Source: Chiloscyllium plagiosum
Lineage: Eukaryota
Assembly: GCF_004010195.1 (NCBI RefSeq)
Contig: NC_057718.1
Location: 639,893 to 703,892, forward strand
DNA length: 64,000 nt
Direction: 5' to 3'
The translations under genes and the position numbers were made by a program. Below the pieces are notes generated by a model that worked only from the letters and a program-made list of their open reading frames with translations, was not told the origin of the DNA and ran no database searches. This document shows, in pieces, positions 50,301-62,059 of the stretch; position 1 is the stretch's first letter; the number at the start of each line of letters is the position of its first letter.

Positions 50301-51050
50301 CTGTGGTCTTTTAACCAATAAACTCTGGCCTAACCAGTAATAACTTCATCCCACAAAAGTGTAAAAAGCAGTGGTTGTCACTTTTATTTTTCTTTTATAA
50401 AATGAAAGAGATCGAACTGAGACTGTTGATGCAATGCGTCATTTGGAACTTTGCCCCAATTTTGGGGCTGCCTCTGCCATCTTTCTTTCCAGCCCCTCCT
50501 ATCTTTGATGAAACCCTTCACTCACCCAGTCAGTATTCTACACATAGGTTAATGGGCAACCCTGGAGACCACTGTTACCATGGAACAAAGATCAACATAT
50601 TGGTGTTGATTGTACCTGGAGATGAGAGTCAAAGAGATTATATTGAAATATGAATGTAATTAATAGGGATAACATCAAATATGAATTTAAGCAATGGATA
50701 TTTTTCCAACTGCAGTTCCCAAATATGAAGAAACGTTTTGATTTCCGAGCTCATGATGGAGAAGTTGAAGATGTGGACATCAGTCCTGACAACAAGGTTT
50801 GATTTACAATAACTTCTCAGCATATATCTATGTATTGTTGGGAGTATTGATGCTAGTGGAATGTTATTCAATTAGTGAACATTGATTCGACAGTCTTAAA
50901 GGTACTTGGAGTTGAAGGATTCTAAACTATGTTTCTGTTCAAAGTATTCTTTCACACTGAGGCAGCAGATCACTTGCCCTTGTGATGCCCCTGCACTGAG
51001 GGAAGAGAAGCATTTGCTCCCTCATGCACTGGGTGTGCAGGCTTGATCTG
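49724..51050 (+). repeat. 176-bp ungapped direct duplication (49724-49899 and 50875-51050) on either side of the PREB exon at 50716
   Basis: Hand alignment gives 22 mismatches in 176 nt and no indels. Confidence 0.93.
50716..50796 (+). CDS. PREB: PREB coding exon, equivalent to human exon 4 (81 nt; not in the ORF track)
   Basis: tttttccaactgcAG acceptor, GTTTGA donor; encodes FPNMKKRFDFRAHDGEVEDVDISPDNK, resembling PREB [27 protein letters not shown]; phase 0 at both ends. Confidence 0.92.
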
Positions 51051-51439
51051 TTATTATATTCATCTTCATGAATTGACGACAGACAGTTTAATTAGTAGAT
51101 GTAATCAGCAAAGTGGGAATATAAAATAAAGCCACCGAATGTTAATAAAAACAGCATTAATGGTTTTTAACCATTTATTACAAGAAAAACATTGACTAAA
51201 AGTGTTGTGGACTCTTTAAAGACAGACATACACATACCGTCAATGCTACTATATCAGGAAAAAAAACAGCTTGACAGCTACTTTTCATCAAAGTACAGTT
51301 TAAGAAAAAATTGTGAAAGATATGTGGACAGCACGAAAAATTAAACTCAGAATTAGTTAATGTACGGTGATGGAGAAACTGGGAGATTTATGACAGTGAA
51401 ATCCCTATAATCCACTGGTTTCCTGCACTAGGGACTGGG

Positions 51440-53445
51440 GAATGAAGAGATGCTGCAGTGTGATTTGGGAAAGTTGAGTGAATGGGCAAATGCATCATAG
51501 ATGGAGTGTAATATGGATAAATAAGAGGTTTCCCCTTTGGTAGCAAAAACAGGAAGACAGATGATCGTCTGTGGAAGTGCAAGAAGGCCTGGGTGTCTTT
51601 GTATGCCAATCACTGAAAGTAAGAACGCAGGTAGTGAAGAAAGCAAATATTAAGTTGGCCTTTGCTGCTAGAGGATTGAATTAAAGTACAAGAGCGGGAT
51701 GTCTTGCTGCAATCATACAGTGCCTTGGTGAGGTCACATATGGAGTAGTGTAAGGAGTTTTGGTCTCCTTATCTGAGGAAAGATTTAGATTTAGTTTTTA
51801 GATTTAGATTACATTGAAGTACAAAAGCGCAGGAGTACAGTGAAATGTTTTCAATGTCACCACACATGGTGCTATCTTAGGTAAAAGTACTTAGGTAAGA
51901 CAAGGTAGAAGAAATAAGGAACAAAGTTACAAGTTAAACATTATAGTCCTTCTTAGTATTAAGTGAATAAATAAATAAAACTAAAAGTTCTTCATTTCAG
52001 GCTTTCTTACGTGCTTAGCCATGTTAAGACCATTCTTCCTACAAGGGCTTGATCTGCGCTACTTTGGCACGGTTTCCACAGGCTGACTCAATCTCCCTCG
52101 CTCTTGTCATGGCTGTAGATGTTGGAAGAACCTCCATCAATATCTTGGGCTTGCTCCTGGGATCTCAGACCAGATGTTCTGGCTATCGAGGGAGTGCAGC
52201 AAGGGTTAACAGATTAATTCTTGGGATGGCTATATTGACATATGAAGAGAGACTGGATTGGTTAGGATTATATTTGTTGCTTAGAATACTGGGGAGGGAA
52301 TATCATAGAAAGCATTAAAATTCTAACGGCTAGATACATTAACCGAAGGACCAATGTTTCCATTGACTAGGAAGTCCAGAACCAGGGTTCACAATCTTAA
52401 GGATACAGGGTAGGCCATTTAAGACTGAGATGAGTAAAAATTGCTTCACCCAGAAAATGGTGTGCTGTGGAATTCATTGTCACAATGTAGCTGAGGCCAA
52501 AATATTGAATGTTTCCAAGAAGGAGTTAGATATAGCTCTTGGGGTTAAATTGATCAAAGTATAAGGGAGAAAGTAGAAACAGGGTATTGAGTTGGATGAT
52601 CAGGCATGATCATATTGAATGGAAAAGCAGACTGAAGAGCCTATTCCTCCACCTTCTTTCTATGTTTCGACCCAAAGTAATTAAAACACGTCTAAGGTGA
52701 TTCACTTTGGAAGGAGTAATAAGAATACAGAGTACTGGGCTAATGGTAAGATTCTTGGTAGTATGGATGAGCAGAGAAATCTCAGTGTCCATGTACACAG
52801 ATCCCCGAAAGTTACCACTTGATAGGGTTGTTAAAAAGGTGTACGGTGTGTTAGCTTTCATTGGTAGAGGGATTGAGTTTCGGAGCCATGAGGTCATGTT
52901 GCAGTGTACAAAACTCTGGTGCGGCCGCACTCGCAGTATTGCATACAGTTCTGGTTGCTGCATTATAGGAAAGATGTGGAAACATTGGAAAGGGTGCAGA
53001 GGAGATTTACCAGGATGTTGCCTGGTATGAAGGGAAGGTCTTATGAGGAAAGGCTGAGGGACTTGAGGCTGTTTTCATTAGAAGAAGGTTAAGAGGTGAC
53101 TTAATATAGACATACAAGACGATCAGAAGATTAGATAGGGTGGACTATGAGAGCCTTTTTCCTCGGATGGTGATGGCTAGCACGAGGGGCATAGCTTTAA
53201 ATTGAGGGGTGATAGATATAGGACAGATGTCAGGGATAGGTTCTTTGCTTAGAGAGTAGTAAGGAGATGGAATGTCCTGCCTGCAACAGTAGTAGACTCA
53301 CCAACTTTAAGAGCATTTAAATGGTCATTGGATAAATTTATGGATGACAATGGAATAGTGTAGGTTAGATGGGCTTCAGATTGGTTTCACAGTTTGATGC
53401 AACATCGAGGGCCGAAGGGCCTGTACTGCGCTGTAATGTTTTCTG
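51440..53445 (+). mobile_element. Two CR1 3' fragments with intervening inserts
   Basis: YKTLVRPH..YCIQFW..HYRKDVETLERVQRRFTRMLPG. Confidence 0.82.
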
Positions 53446-54949
53446 TAATCACATAACTGTAACAGTGCAGATAGAAGCCATTCAGCTCATCGTTTCTACA
53501 CCAGCTCTGTTACCTAATGTCAGTCTCCTACCTTTTTCCCTATTATTCCTACACACTAATTCTCTCAGAATAATCATCCAGTACCCTCTTAAATGCCTCA
53601 TTGAACCTGTCTCCACCTCATTCCCAGGCAGTGATTTCCACACCCTGACTACTTGCTGTGTGGAGAATTTTTTTTTCTTCTATTACCCTTGCTTTAAATC
53701 TATGCCTTTTCATTGCTTTTTCTTTTGAGTAGGAGCAGCTTCTCCCTTCTCCAGAGAACTCATTTTGAAAGTGTATGTCAAAACTCACCTCTGCCACCTT
53801 CTTGAGGTCCAGACTTATCACAACTGAAATTTCTCATTCCAGGCACCAATTTTGTAAATCACTTTACAAATTTCAATGTACTTACATCTTTATCATGTGG
53901 TGTCCACAAACGTACACTGTACTCCAACTGAGGTCTTTTCTCCAAGTTCAACAAGACCTTCCTGCTTGTGCTCTATGCCCTAATTAGTAAAGCTGAGAAC
54001 ACTATGCTTTATTAACTGTTCTGCCCTCCTGTCCTGCCACCTTCAATGATCTGCACAAATAGGGAAGGAAAGTTTTGATATTTTAGCCATGCTCTTCCAA
54101 AACACACACTTCAGGAATATTTGTCAGTGTCACTTCTTATTCATGAAATAGTGAGAAAGTGTAGCACAAACTGTATATACATTAGTCTAATATCAGTTGT
54201 GTGAAAGTTACTAGAATCTGTGAGGGACAACATTGCTAAACATGTGGACAATGAGATGTTTAGAGAGTACTGTTTTCTGAAGATTGAGACATATTTACCA
54301 AAACTAATTCCCCACTGAAACACTCAAGTGTTCAAGATAAGATGCCTATACAGTTATTATAAATGAATTGTATAGAAGGCATTCAACAACAAACTCTCTC
54401 CAAAAATAAGAATGCATGGGATTAGAGACAAACCAGTTGTCTTGAAAAGGGAAAAAATTCACTGTTCTGAAGAAGGATCACTGGACTGGAAATATTAATT
54501 TGCTTTCTGTCCACAGATGCTGCCAGACCTGCTGAGTCTTCCAAGCAATTTCTGTTTTTGTGTCTTGAAAAAGGAATTTGTTATGGAATAAGAGATAGAA
54601 AAGGAGATAATAGATGTATACTAAAGTTTGCAAATGGTGTTCACCAGAAATTTGTTCTTGAGTGTTTACTAAAGTTCTGTTTGATGAAAGATGTTCAGGG
54701 GAGGATGGAACGAGTTCAGAGAGGTGATAGCCTAGAGATATTATCACTAGACTGTTAATCCACAGACTCAGGCTTGAATTCCACTGCAGCAGATTGTTAA
54801 ATTTGAATCCAATTTTAAAAATTCTGTAATAAAGAGGCCAATGATGGCTGTTGTGGATTGTTGGAAAAGCCTACCTGGGGTTCACTAAGGTCCTTTAGGG
54901 AAGGAATTCTGCCAAACTTAATTGGTCTGGTTAATATGACTACAGACCC

Positions 54950-55700
54950 TTTTAACTCCCTTTTTTCTTTAACTCCTCCCATTTCCTCCATTTCAAAGAG
55001 GTGGCCATGGGTACCCAGATGGGCCCCAGCTATGCCTGCCTCTTTGTTGGCTATATCGAACAGTTCCTCTTCAGTACCCCAACTCTTCCACCATTACATT
55101 GATGACTGCATTGATGCAGCGTCCTGCATCCAGGCTGAACTGGAGCAGTTCATGGACTTAGCCCACAGCTTACACGCCGCCCTCAAATTAACTTGGTCTT
55201 TCTCAGACACCTCCCTCCCCTCTCTTGACCTCACCATTTCCATCTTCGGTGACAGTCTCCAGATGGACGTTTACTCTAAACCCACAGACTCCCATTACTA
55301 CCTTGACTACACCTCCATCCACCCCATGTCCTGCAAGAACTCTATCCCATTCTCCCAATTCCTCTGCCTCCACTGCATCTGCTCGGACGAGGAGATATTC
55401 CATTCGTGAGTATCCAAATGTCCATATATTTCAAACAGTGTGCTTTTCCTCCCTCTGTCATCCAGATAGCTCTCCGCCGCACCACTTCCATTCTCTGTTC
55501 CAGTGCTCTAAACCCCCCCCCAGGAACGCAGTAAAGACAGAGTCCACTCGTCCTCACCTACCATCCCACCAATCTCCACATCCAACGCATCATCCTTAAA
55601 CATTTTTGCCAACTCCAACTAGACCTCACCACCAAGAACATCTTCCCCTCCACACACCTCTCTGCCTCCACAAGGACCATTCCCTTTGACAGTCCTTGGT
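54950..55700 (+). mobile_element. Neptune-like PLE reverse transcriptase fragment
   Basis: GVAMGT.MGPSYACLFVG, YIDDC, LPSLD, YSKPTDSHYYLDYTSIHP, SIPFSQFL. Confidence 0.88.
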
Positions 55701-56149
55701 TTGTGCACTCTATATTATGCACAGATATTTCAGAATCCATGTACAGAAATGTCAAAAACTCAGTCATCAATTAAAAGTAATATCAGAAAGAACAAAGGAA
55801 TGGTGAACTTTATCTTAATTAAATGGCAGAATACCAAAGAGCGAAATTGTTTAACCCAATCTAAGCTCTGACAGGGGAAACGACCCTTTACCTCAACAAA
55901 TGGCCACCCTCAGCCTTTGCAGCCCAGTTGAGAGTCTCAGCAACAATCATTTCTGGAAGGGCCGTACGGAGGCCAACGCAGCTGAGGGACATGAAGAATG
56001 GGTCGAGCACAATGGCTACCTGATCCAATTACTGCTTACATTTGGCAATCGGGCACCTTTCAGCAGTTCAGTGAAGACGCCAATCCCTGGGTATCAGACA
56101 GCGAAGCCAAAATTAAAATGGAACTTAATGGCCAAGGCTTGGAAAGAAC

Positions 56150-56355
56150 TGAAAATGTGTTGCTGGAAAAGCGCAACAGGTCAGGCAGCTTCCAAGGAGC
56201 AGGAGAATCGACGTTTCGGGCATAAGCCCTTCTTCAGGCTTATGCCCGAAACGTCGATTCTCCTGTTCCTTGGATGCTGCCTGACCTGCTGTGCTTTTCC
56301 AGCAACACATTTTCAGCTCTGATCTCCAGCATCTGCAGTCCTCACTTTCTCCTCG
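56150..56355. mobile_element. Fold-back family A mini-element with an intact hammerhead core (minus, 56210-56237) and a 16-bp TSD
   Basis: Near-perfect inverted arms; TSD aaggcttgg(a/t)aagaac at 56134-56149 and 56356-56371. Confidence 0.9.
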
Positions 56356-58914
56356 AAGGCTTGGTAAGAACCAAGTATGAATCCAACATGTACTGGGCAC
56401 AATCCCAAGATAATTTAAGGAGACTCCATCTACAAGAGCCATCCAGGACCTGTCAGCAGTTGCAAGATTCAAGAGCTTGACATTGATCATGGTGAAGCGG
56501 CCTAGAGTCATGACCAAAACCAGTGGTATGAGGATTCACTGGAATGTCTCACGAATGAGTTAAAGCCAGCTGAACAAAGTGTTTGAGATTCTGTGGACAC
56601 TCTAGCTATGTCCGATATCACAGGCACCAAACTCTTGAGCATCAAAATTAATGAATATTTATCATTTTAGAAAACAAATTTATGTATTAATTGTAAGAAT
56701 TATGGTCACTTAATTACAAATATATCAGAGGAAACGTTTCTAAACTTTAGTAATTATGTAATTGAACTGAATTCAGATTGGTTCCACATGTTAGCGTAAT
56801 ATCGAGAGCTGAATGGCCTGTACTGCGCTGTAATGTTCTATGTTCTAATTGTGTTCAGGTCCCTGCATTTCAGGAAAAATGTAAAAACAGAAAATGCTGG
56901 AAGCATCTGTGGAGTGAGAAACAGATTTCTGTCAGGAAGGTTAAATTGGCTATTTCATGGAAACAGTACTGATTCTTTCTCCAGAGGATCTCTTTTTTTA
57001 TTAAAATATTAATTAACACTGCTTCACTGCAAAGTATTAGATCCAGAATAACGTTGTGCCTGATCGAGTCCATGCACACATTCCAAGGGAACTATCATGA
57101 AAACATTCTACAAACCAAGTTTAGCTTTTTTACATGGAAAAACATGGGTTGATAAGGAAGAGTCAGCATAGATTTTTAAAGGGTCAATCGTATTTCACAA
57201 ACTTGGAGGTTTATGCAATGGGTTTTACATGGATTTGATACAGTGCCTCACATCAGACTTGTGTAGAAAATTGGAGGTCATGGTATAAGAGGACCAGTGG
57301 CCACATGGAATCAAAATTTGCTGAGTGATAGAAAACACAGCAGTCTTGGTCAATGGATACTTTTCAGGCCGGAGGAAGACTTTTTTAGCAGTTTGTGATC
57401 ACAGTTACCTAAAACTGGTGGCTGACGATTTGTAAGTAATTTTCTGATAATTTGAGTTTAATAATCAGTTTAGCTATGATGCAGTGTTTAATCAGATAAA
57501 ATATACAACGTGACAATTGGAAATAGTTCACTAACATCAGAGAACAAAGAGGTTGTCATAGCAGACGATTTTGGTCTCATTAAAATGATGGGGGCAGCAT
57601 CCTACTCTCTAGCCAAGGTGTTTGGGAACTCTTCTTTCGGTCTTCTTTCTCTCCTTCTGATCTGTTTGCTATCTGTCTGATAATGACTGCTTGATGAAGT
57701 CTGGGCACTCTCCAAACAGCTGCCTCTCAGGTCTGTTTGATGCGAACTGCTCTGTGAGAAAATGCCCCTCTGCCCCAGGCGGTTATTGCTATTGTATTTC
57801 TCTGGGTAGGTAACTTAATCCGTGTCAATTAGTTGTCTGAACTCTTTTGGCTAATGGCCATAGAACAGCTACTCATGATGTCAGATAATCGTCATCCCAT
57901 TGCCTGCCCTAATCTGACCGTGGGCTTACCGTTCTCTGGATGTAAGTTAGCTTGCTGAGCTAGAAGGTTCGTTTTCAGACATTTCATCACCATGCTAGGT
58001 AATATCATCAATGAGCCTCTGGTGAAACACTGGTGGTATGGCCTGCTTTTTATTTATATGTTTAGGTTTCCTTGGGTTGGTGATATCATTTCCTGTGGTG
58101 ATGTAATTTCCTGTTCTGTTTCTCAGGGGTGGTAAATGGGATCCAAGTCAATGTGTTTGTTGATACAGTTCCAGTTGGAATGCCATGCTTCTAAGAATTC
58201 TCGTGCGTGTCTCTAGCTTGTTCGAGGATGGATGTGTTGTCCCAGTCAAAGTGGTGTCCTTCCTCATCTGTATGTAGAGATACTAATGAGAATGGGTCAT
58301 GTTGTTTTGTGGCTAATTGATGTTCATCTTATCAAGGTGGCTAGTTTTCTGCCTAATTGTCCAAAGTAGTGTTTGTTACAATTCTTGCAAGGTATTTTGT
58401 AAATGACATTAGTTTTGCTTGTTGTCTGTATAGGGTCTTTCAAGCTGCTGTTTTAGTGTGTTGGTGAGTTTGTGGGTTACCATGATACCAAGAGGTCTAA
58501 GTAGTCTGGCAGTCATTTCAGAGATGTCTTTGATGTAGGGGAGAGTGACTAGGGTTTCTGGATGTGTTTTGTCTGCTTGTTTGGTTTGTTGCTGAGAAAT
58601 CGATGGACTGTGTTCATTGGGTACACCTTTGTTTTGAATACACGGTGTAGGTGATTTTCTTCTGCTCTTCATAGTCCCTCTGTGCTGCAGTGTGTGGTGG
58701 CTCGTTGAAATAATGTTCTGATGCAGCTTTGTTTGTGGGTGCTAGTTTGAATTTCCCCATTGGCTATTCGCTCTACTGCGACATCTAGGAATGACAGTTT
58801 GTTGTTGTTTTCCTCCTCTTTAGTGAATTTTATGCCAGTAAGGGTATTATTGATGGTCTTGAAGGTTTCCTCTCATTTGTTTCGTTTAGTGATGACAAAG
58901 GCATCATCCACGTA

Positions 58915-59370
58915 TGTTTTAAAAAATTCTCAAGGTCAGGTTCGTAGGAGAGTAGTCTGACACAGAACAAACGACCAAGAGGCGAGTCTGCTAGAATATG
59001 GGCATTTTATTCCCCGCAGCGTCACCACAACCAACGGGTCTGGCTTATACTCACTCTACATGTTACCGGAACTGGGAGCCGTCAGTTCTCGTAGAGCGGT
59101 TGCCAACAACACACGCTCGGCGGTTAAACGTAACCCCGGAGCAGACTCACCGAACTGGAGACTTTTCCAGCTGATATACTCTTTTCCAGATATAAACATT
59201 CATGTGAACAGCAGAGCAAGGCTAAAAAACACATTCCATTCTGGTTACATACAGATAAGAAGATTCACACGGGGAGGTGTGTAATAAGATTCACACGGGA
59301 CTAAGCAACACCTCCATTCCGGTTAGATTCACACATGTATTGGGACATAATTTTTAACCGTTTCACCACA
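58915..59370 (-). mobile_element. Solo LTR (456 bp, TG...CA) with 5-bp TSD
   Basis: ACGTA at 58910-58914 and 59371-59375; TG/CA termini; AATAAA on the minus strand at 59006-59011. Confidence 0.85.
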
Positions 59371-60344
59371 ACGTAGCGGACCCAAAGTTTGGGTTGGATG
59401 GTTGGCAGAGCTGTTTGTTCGAGTCTCTGCATTACTGATTCTGCTAAGAACCCTGATATCGGAGATCCCATAGGTGTTCCGTTGGTTTGTCTGTAGGTTT
59501 TGTTGTTGAAGGTGAAGTGGGTGGTGAGCATAGGTCTACTAAATTGACGATACTGTCCTTGTTGATGAGGTTGACGGTTTTGGGGTATGTGTCTTTGGTT
59601 CTTCTAATAGTGTAGTCAGTGTTTCCTTGGCCAGATTGATGTTGATGGATGTGAACAGGGCTGTTACGTCAAAGCAGACCATTATTTCAACCTCTTCTAT
59701 CTTGGTGTCTTAATTCTTCAGGAATTCTTGGGTGGAGTGGTGTGAGTCTACTAAGTGTTTTAGTCTTTGGTGTAACTCCTTGGCCAGTCTGTTAGTTAGT
59801 GTTCCAGGTAGTGAGACTATGGGTCTGAGGGGGATTCCTGGTTTGAGAGTTTTGGGTAATCCGTAAAAGCGTGGTGTGTTGGATCCATCTGGTTTCATTT
59901 TTTGGAAGTTGATCTTATTTATTTCTCCAGATTTCTGAAGCTTTTTGAGTATGGCTGTGGTTCAGTTCTCTAGTTGTGGGGTCGGGTCTGTCACCACCTG
60001 TTTGTAAGTGTTGGTATCTGCAAGCAGTGTGTTCACTTTCTCAATGTAGTCTCTTTGATTTAAAATGATTGTCAAGTGTCCTTTGTCTGCAGATAGGATC
60101 ACAATATTTTTTATCTTTCTTGAGTCCTTCCAGCGTTTTCCTTTCTTGTGTATTGAGTGCTTTTCCTTACTTTTTCCTGCTTAATGTTGGTAGAATTGTC
60201 TGTCTGATGGTTTGCTGTTTCTTCTGTGAGCTTGTTGCCTTTCAGTGTTGTTTCTAATGCTGCTAATAAATCTTTCTCGTCTGCATCCTGTAAGTAATTT
60301 AATCCTCTTACTAATACGGCTTTTCAGTGTTTGTTAAGGGTTGG

Positions 60345-61357
60345 TCAAATTCTTTGAAGAGGTGACAAGTAGGTTAGACCAGGGAAACCCAGTGGATGTG
60401 GTCTATCTAGACTTCCAAAAGGCCTTTGATAAGGTGCCACATGGGAGGCTGCTGAGCAAGGTGAGGGCCCATGGTGTTTGAGGTGAGCTACTGGTATTGA
60501 TTGAGGATTGACTGTCTGACAGAAGGCAGAGAGTTGGGATAAAAGGTTCTTTTTCGGAATGGCAGCCGGTGACAAGCGGTGTCCCGCGGGGTTCAGTGTT
60601 GGGGCCGCAGCTGTTCACGTTATATATTAATGATCTGGATTAAGAGACTGGGGGCATTCTANNNNNNNNNNNNNNNNNNNNNNNNNNNNNNNNNNNNNNN
60701 NNNNNNNNNNNNNNNNNNNNNNNNNNNNNNNNNNNNNNNNNNNNNNNNNNNNNNNNNNNNNNNNNNNNNNNNNNNNNNNNNNNNNNNNNNNNNNNNNNNN
60801 NNNNNNNNNNNNNNNNNNNNNNNNNNNNNNNNNNNNNNNNNNNNNNNNNNNNNNNNNNNNNNNNNNNNNNNNNNNNNNNNNNNNNNNNNNNNNNNNNNNN
60901 NNNNNNNNNNNNNNNNNNNNNNNNNNNNNNNNNNNNNNNNNNNNNNNNNNNNNNNNNNNNNNNNNNNNNNNNNNNNNNNNNNNNNNNNNNNNNNNNNNNN
61001 NNNNNNNNNNNNNNNNNAGTGGACGCTAGGAAATTGTTTCCGTTAGGTGAGGAGACTAGGACCCATGGACACAGCCTTAGAATTAGAGGGGGTAAATTCA
61101 GAACAGAAATGCGGAGACATTTCTTCAGCCAGAGAGTGGTGGGCGTGTGGAATTCATTGCCGCGGAGTGCAGTGGACGCCGGGACGCTAAATGTCTTCAA
61201 GGCAGAGATTGATAAATTCTTGATGTCACAAGGAATTAAGGGCTACAGGGAGAATGCGGGTAAGTGGAGTTGAAATGCCCATCAGCCATGATTGAATGGC
61301 GGCGTGGACTTGATGGGCCGAATGGCCTTACTTCCACTCCTATGTCTTATGGTCTTA
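60345..61357 (+). mobile_element. Young-looking 5'-truncated CR1 inserted in the PLE, spanning the assembly gap
   Basis: [45 protein letters not shown]; CpGs retained. Confidence 0.88.
60662..61017. other. Assembly gap (N run)
   Basis: 356 consecutive N. Confidence 1.
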
Positions 61358-61859
61358 AATAAGTCTTTTTTAATCCATGCTTCTGTGTTGTTATTTTGTA
61401 TAAGTTTGTGTAGTTTTTTCTCTGCAGGTTTAGTTTTTTTTCCATTTTCTGTGTTTGTCTCAGTCTAACGTCTGTGGCATGTTGTACTTTGTCTGTCCAT
61501 TCATGGTCTGTTGCATTAGTGAGTAAAAAGTTTTGGTTGCGAAAGCTAAACACAGAAATAAAAAGCGGGCTATATCACCAGTGTTTCACCAAAGGCTCAC
61601 TGAAGATGTTACCTAGTGTGGTGACGAAACATCTGAAAATGAACCTTCCAGCTCAGTGAGCAAACTTCGATTCAGAACCTCAACCTGAGCTACAAATCTT
61701 CTCAAAACTCACTAGTTTACCATTCTTTTTAAGAAAAAATACTTCTTATTTTTAAAAACAACACACTGACAATAGGGTGCTTTTGGCACCAGATAAATTG
61801 ATGACGCAAGTTCAATGGACGTATTCTTCCTTTGTTTTCATATGCTAGACTTTTGGAAA

Positions 61860-61981
61860 CGAGCTGGAAATGTGTTGCTGGAAAAGCGCAGCAGGTCAGG
61901 CAGCATCCAGGGAATAGGAGAATCGACGTTTCGGCATAAGCCCTTCTTCAGGAAACTTCAGACTTCTTCAGACCCTTCTTC
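61860..61981 (-). mobile_element. Family A mini-element with 13-bp TSD and a stuttered junction
   Basis: TSD agacttttggaaa at 61847-61859 and 61982-61994; hammerhead core with a one-base deletion in stem II. Confidence 0.82.
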
Positions 61982-62059
61982 AGACTTTTGGAAAGTTAAT
62001 TACTGCTCTAATATCTGTTAAATGAAATCTAATGCTTCACAGTAGATAATAGGAAAATT

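Larger units (their letters stand above)
57935..61715 (-). mobile_element. Long Poseidon-like PLE (RT + GIY-YIG) with an inverted terminal repeat, disrupted by a solo LTR and a CR1
   Basis: PRFYGLPK..KPGIPLRPIVS, FDVTALFTSI, GTPMGSPISG, LWVRYV/DD, TLPYIKDISE; terminal repeats at 57935-58130 (minus) and 61550-61715 (plus). Confidence 0.9.

Noticed and set aside
50875..51060. H/ACA snoRNA (two hairpins)
   Set aside because: No ANANNA hinge or correctly placed ACA on either strand; kept only as an unassigned hairpin
60579..61273. Long ORFs spanning 60579-61200
   Set aside because: Artefacts of translating through the N gap in a CR1 copy
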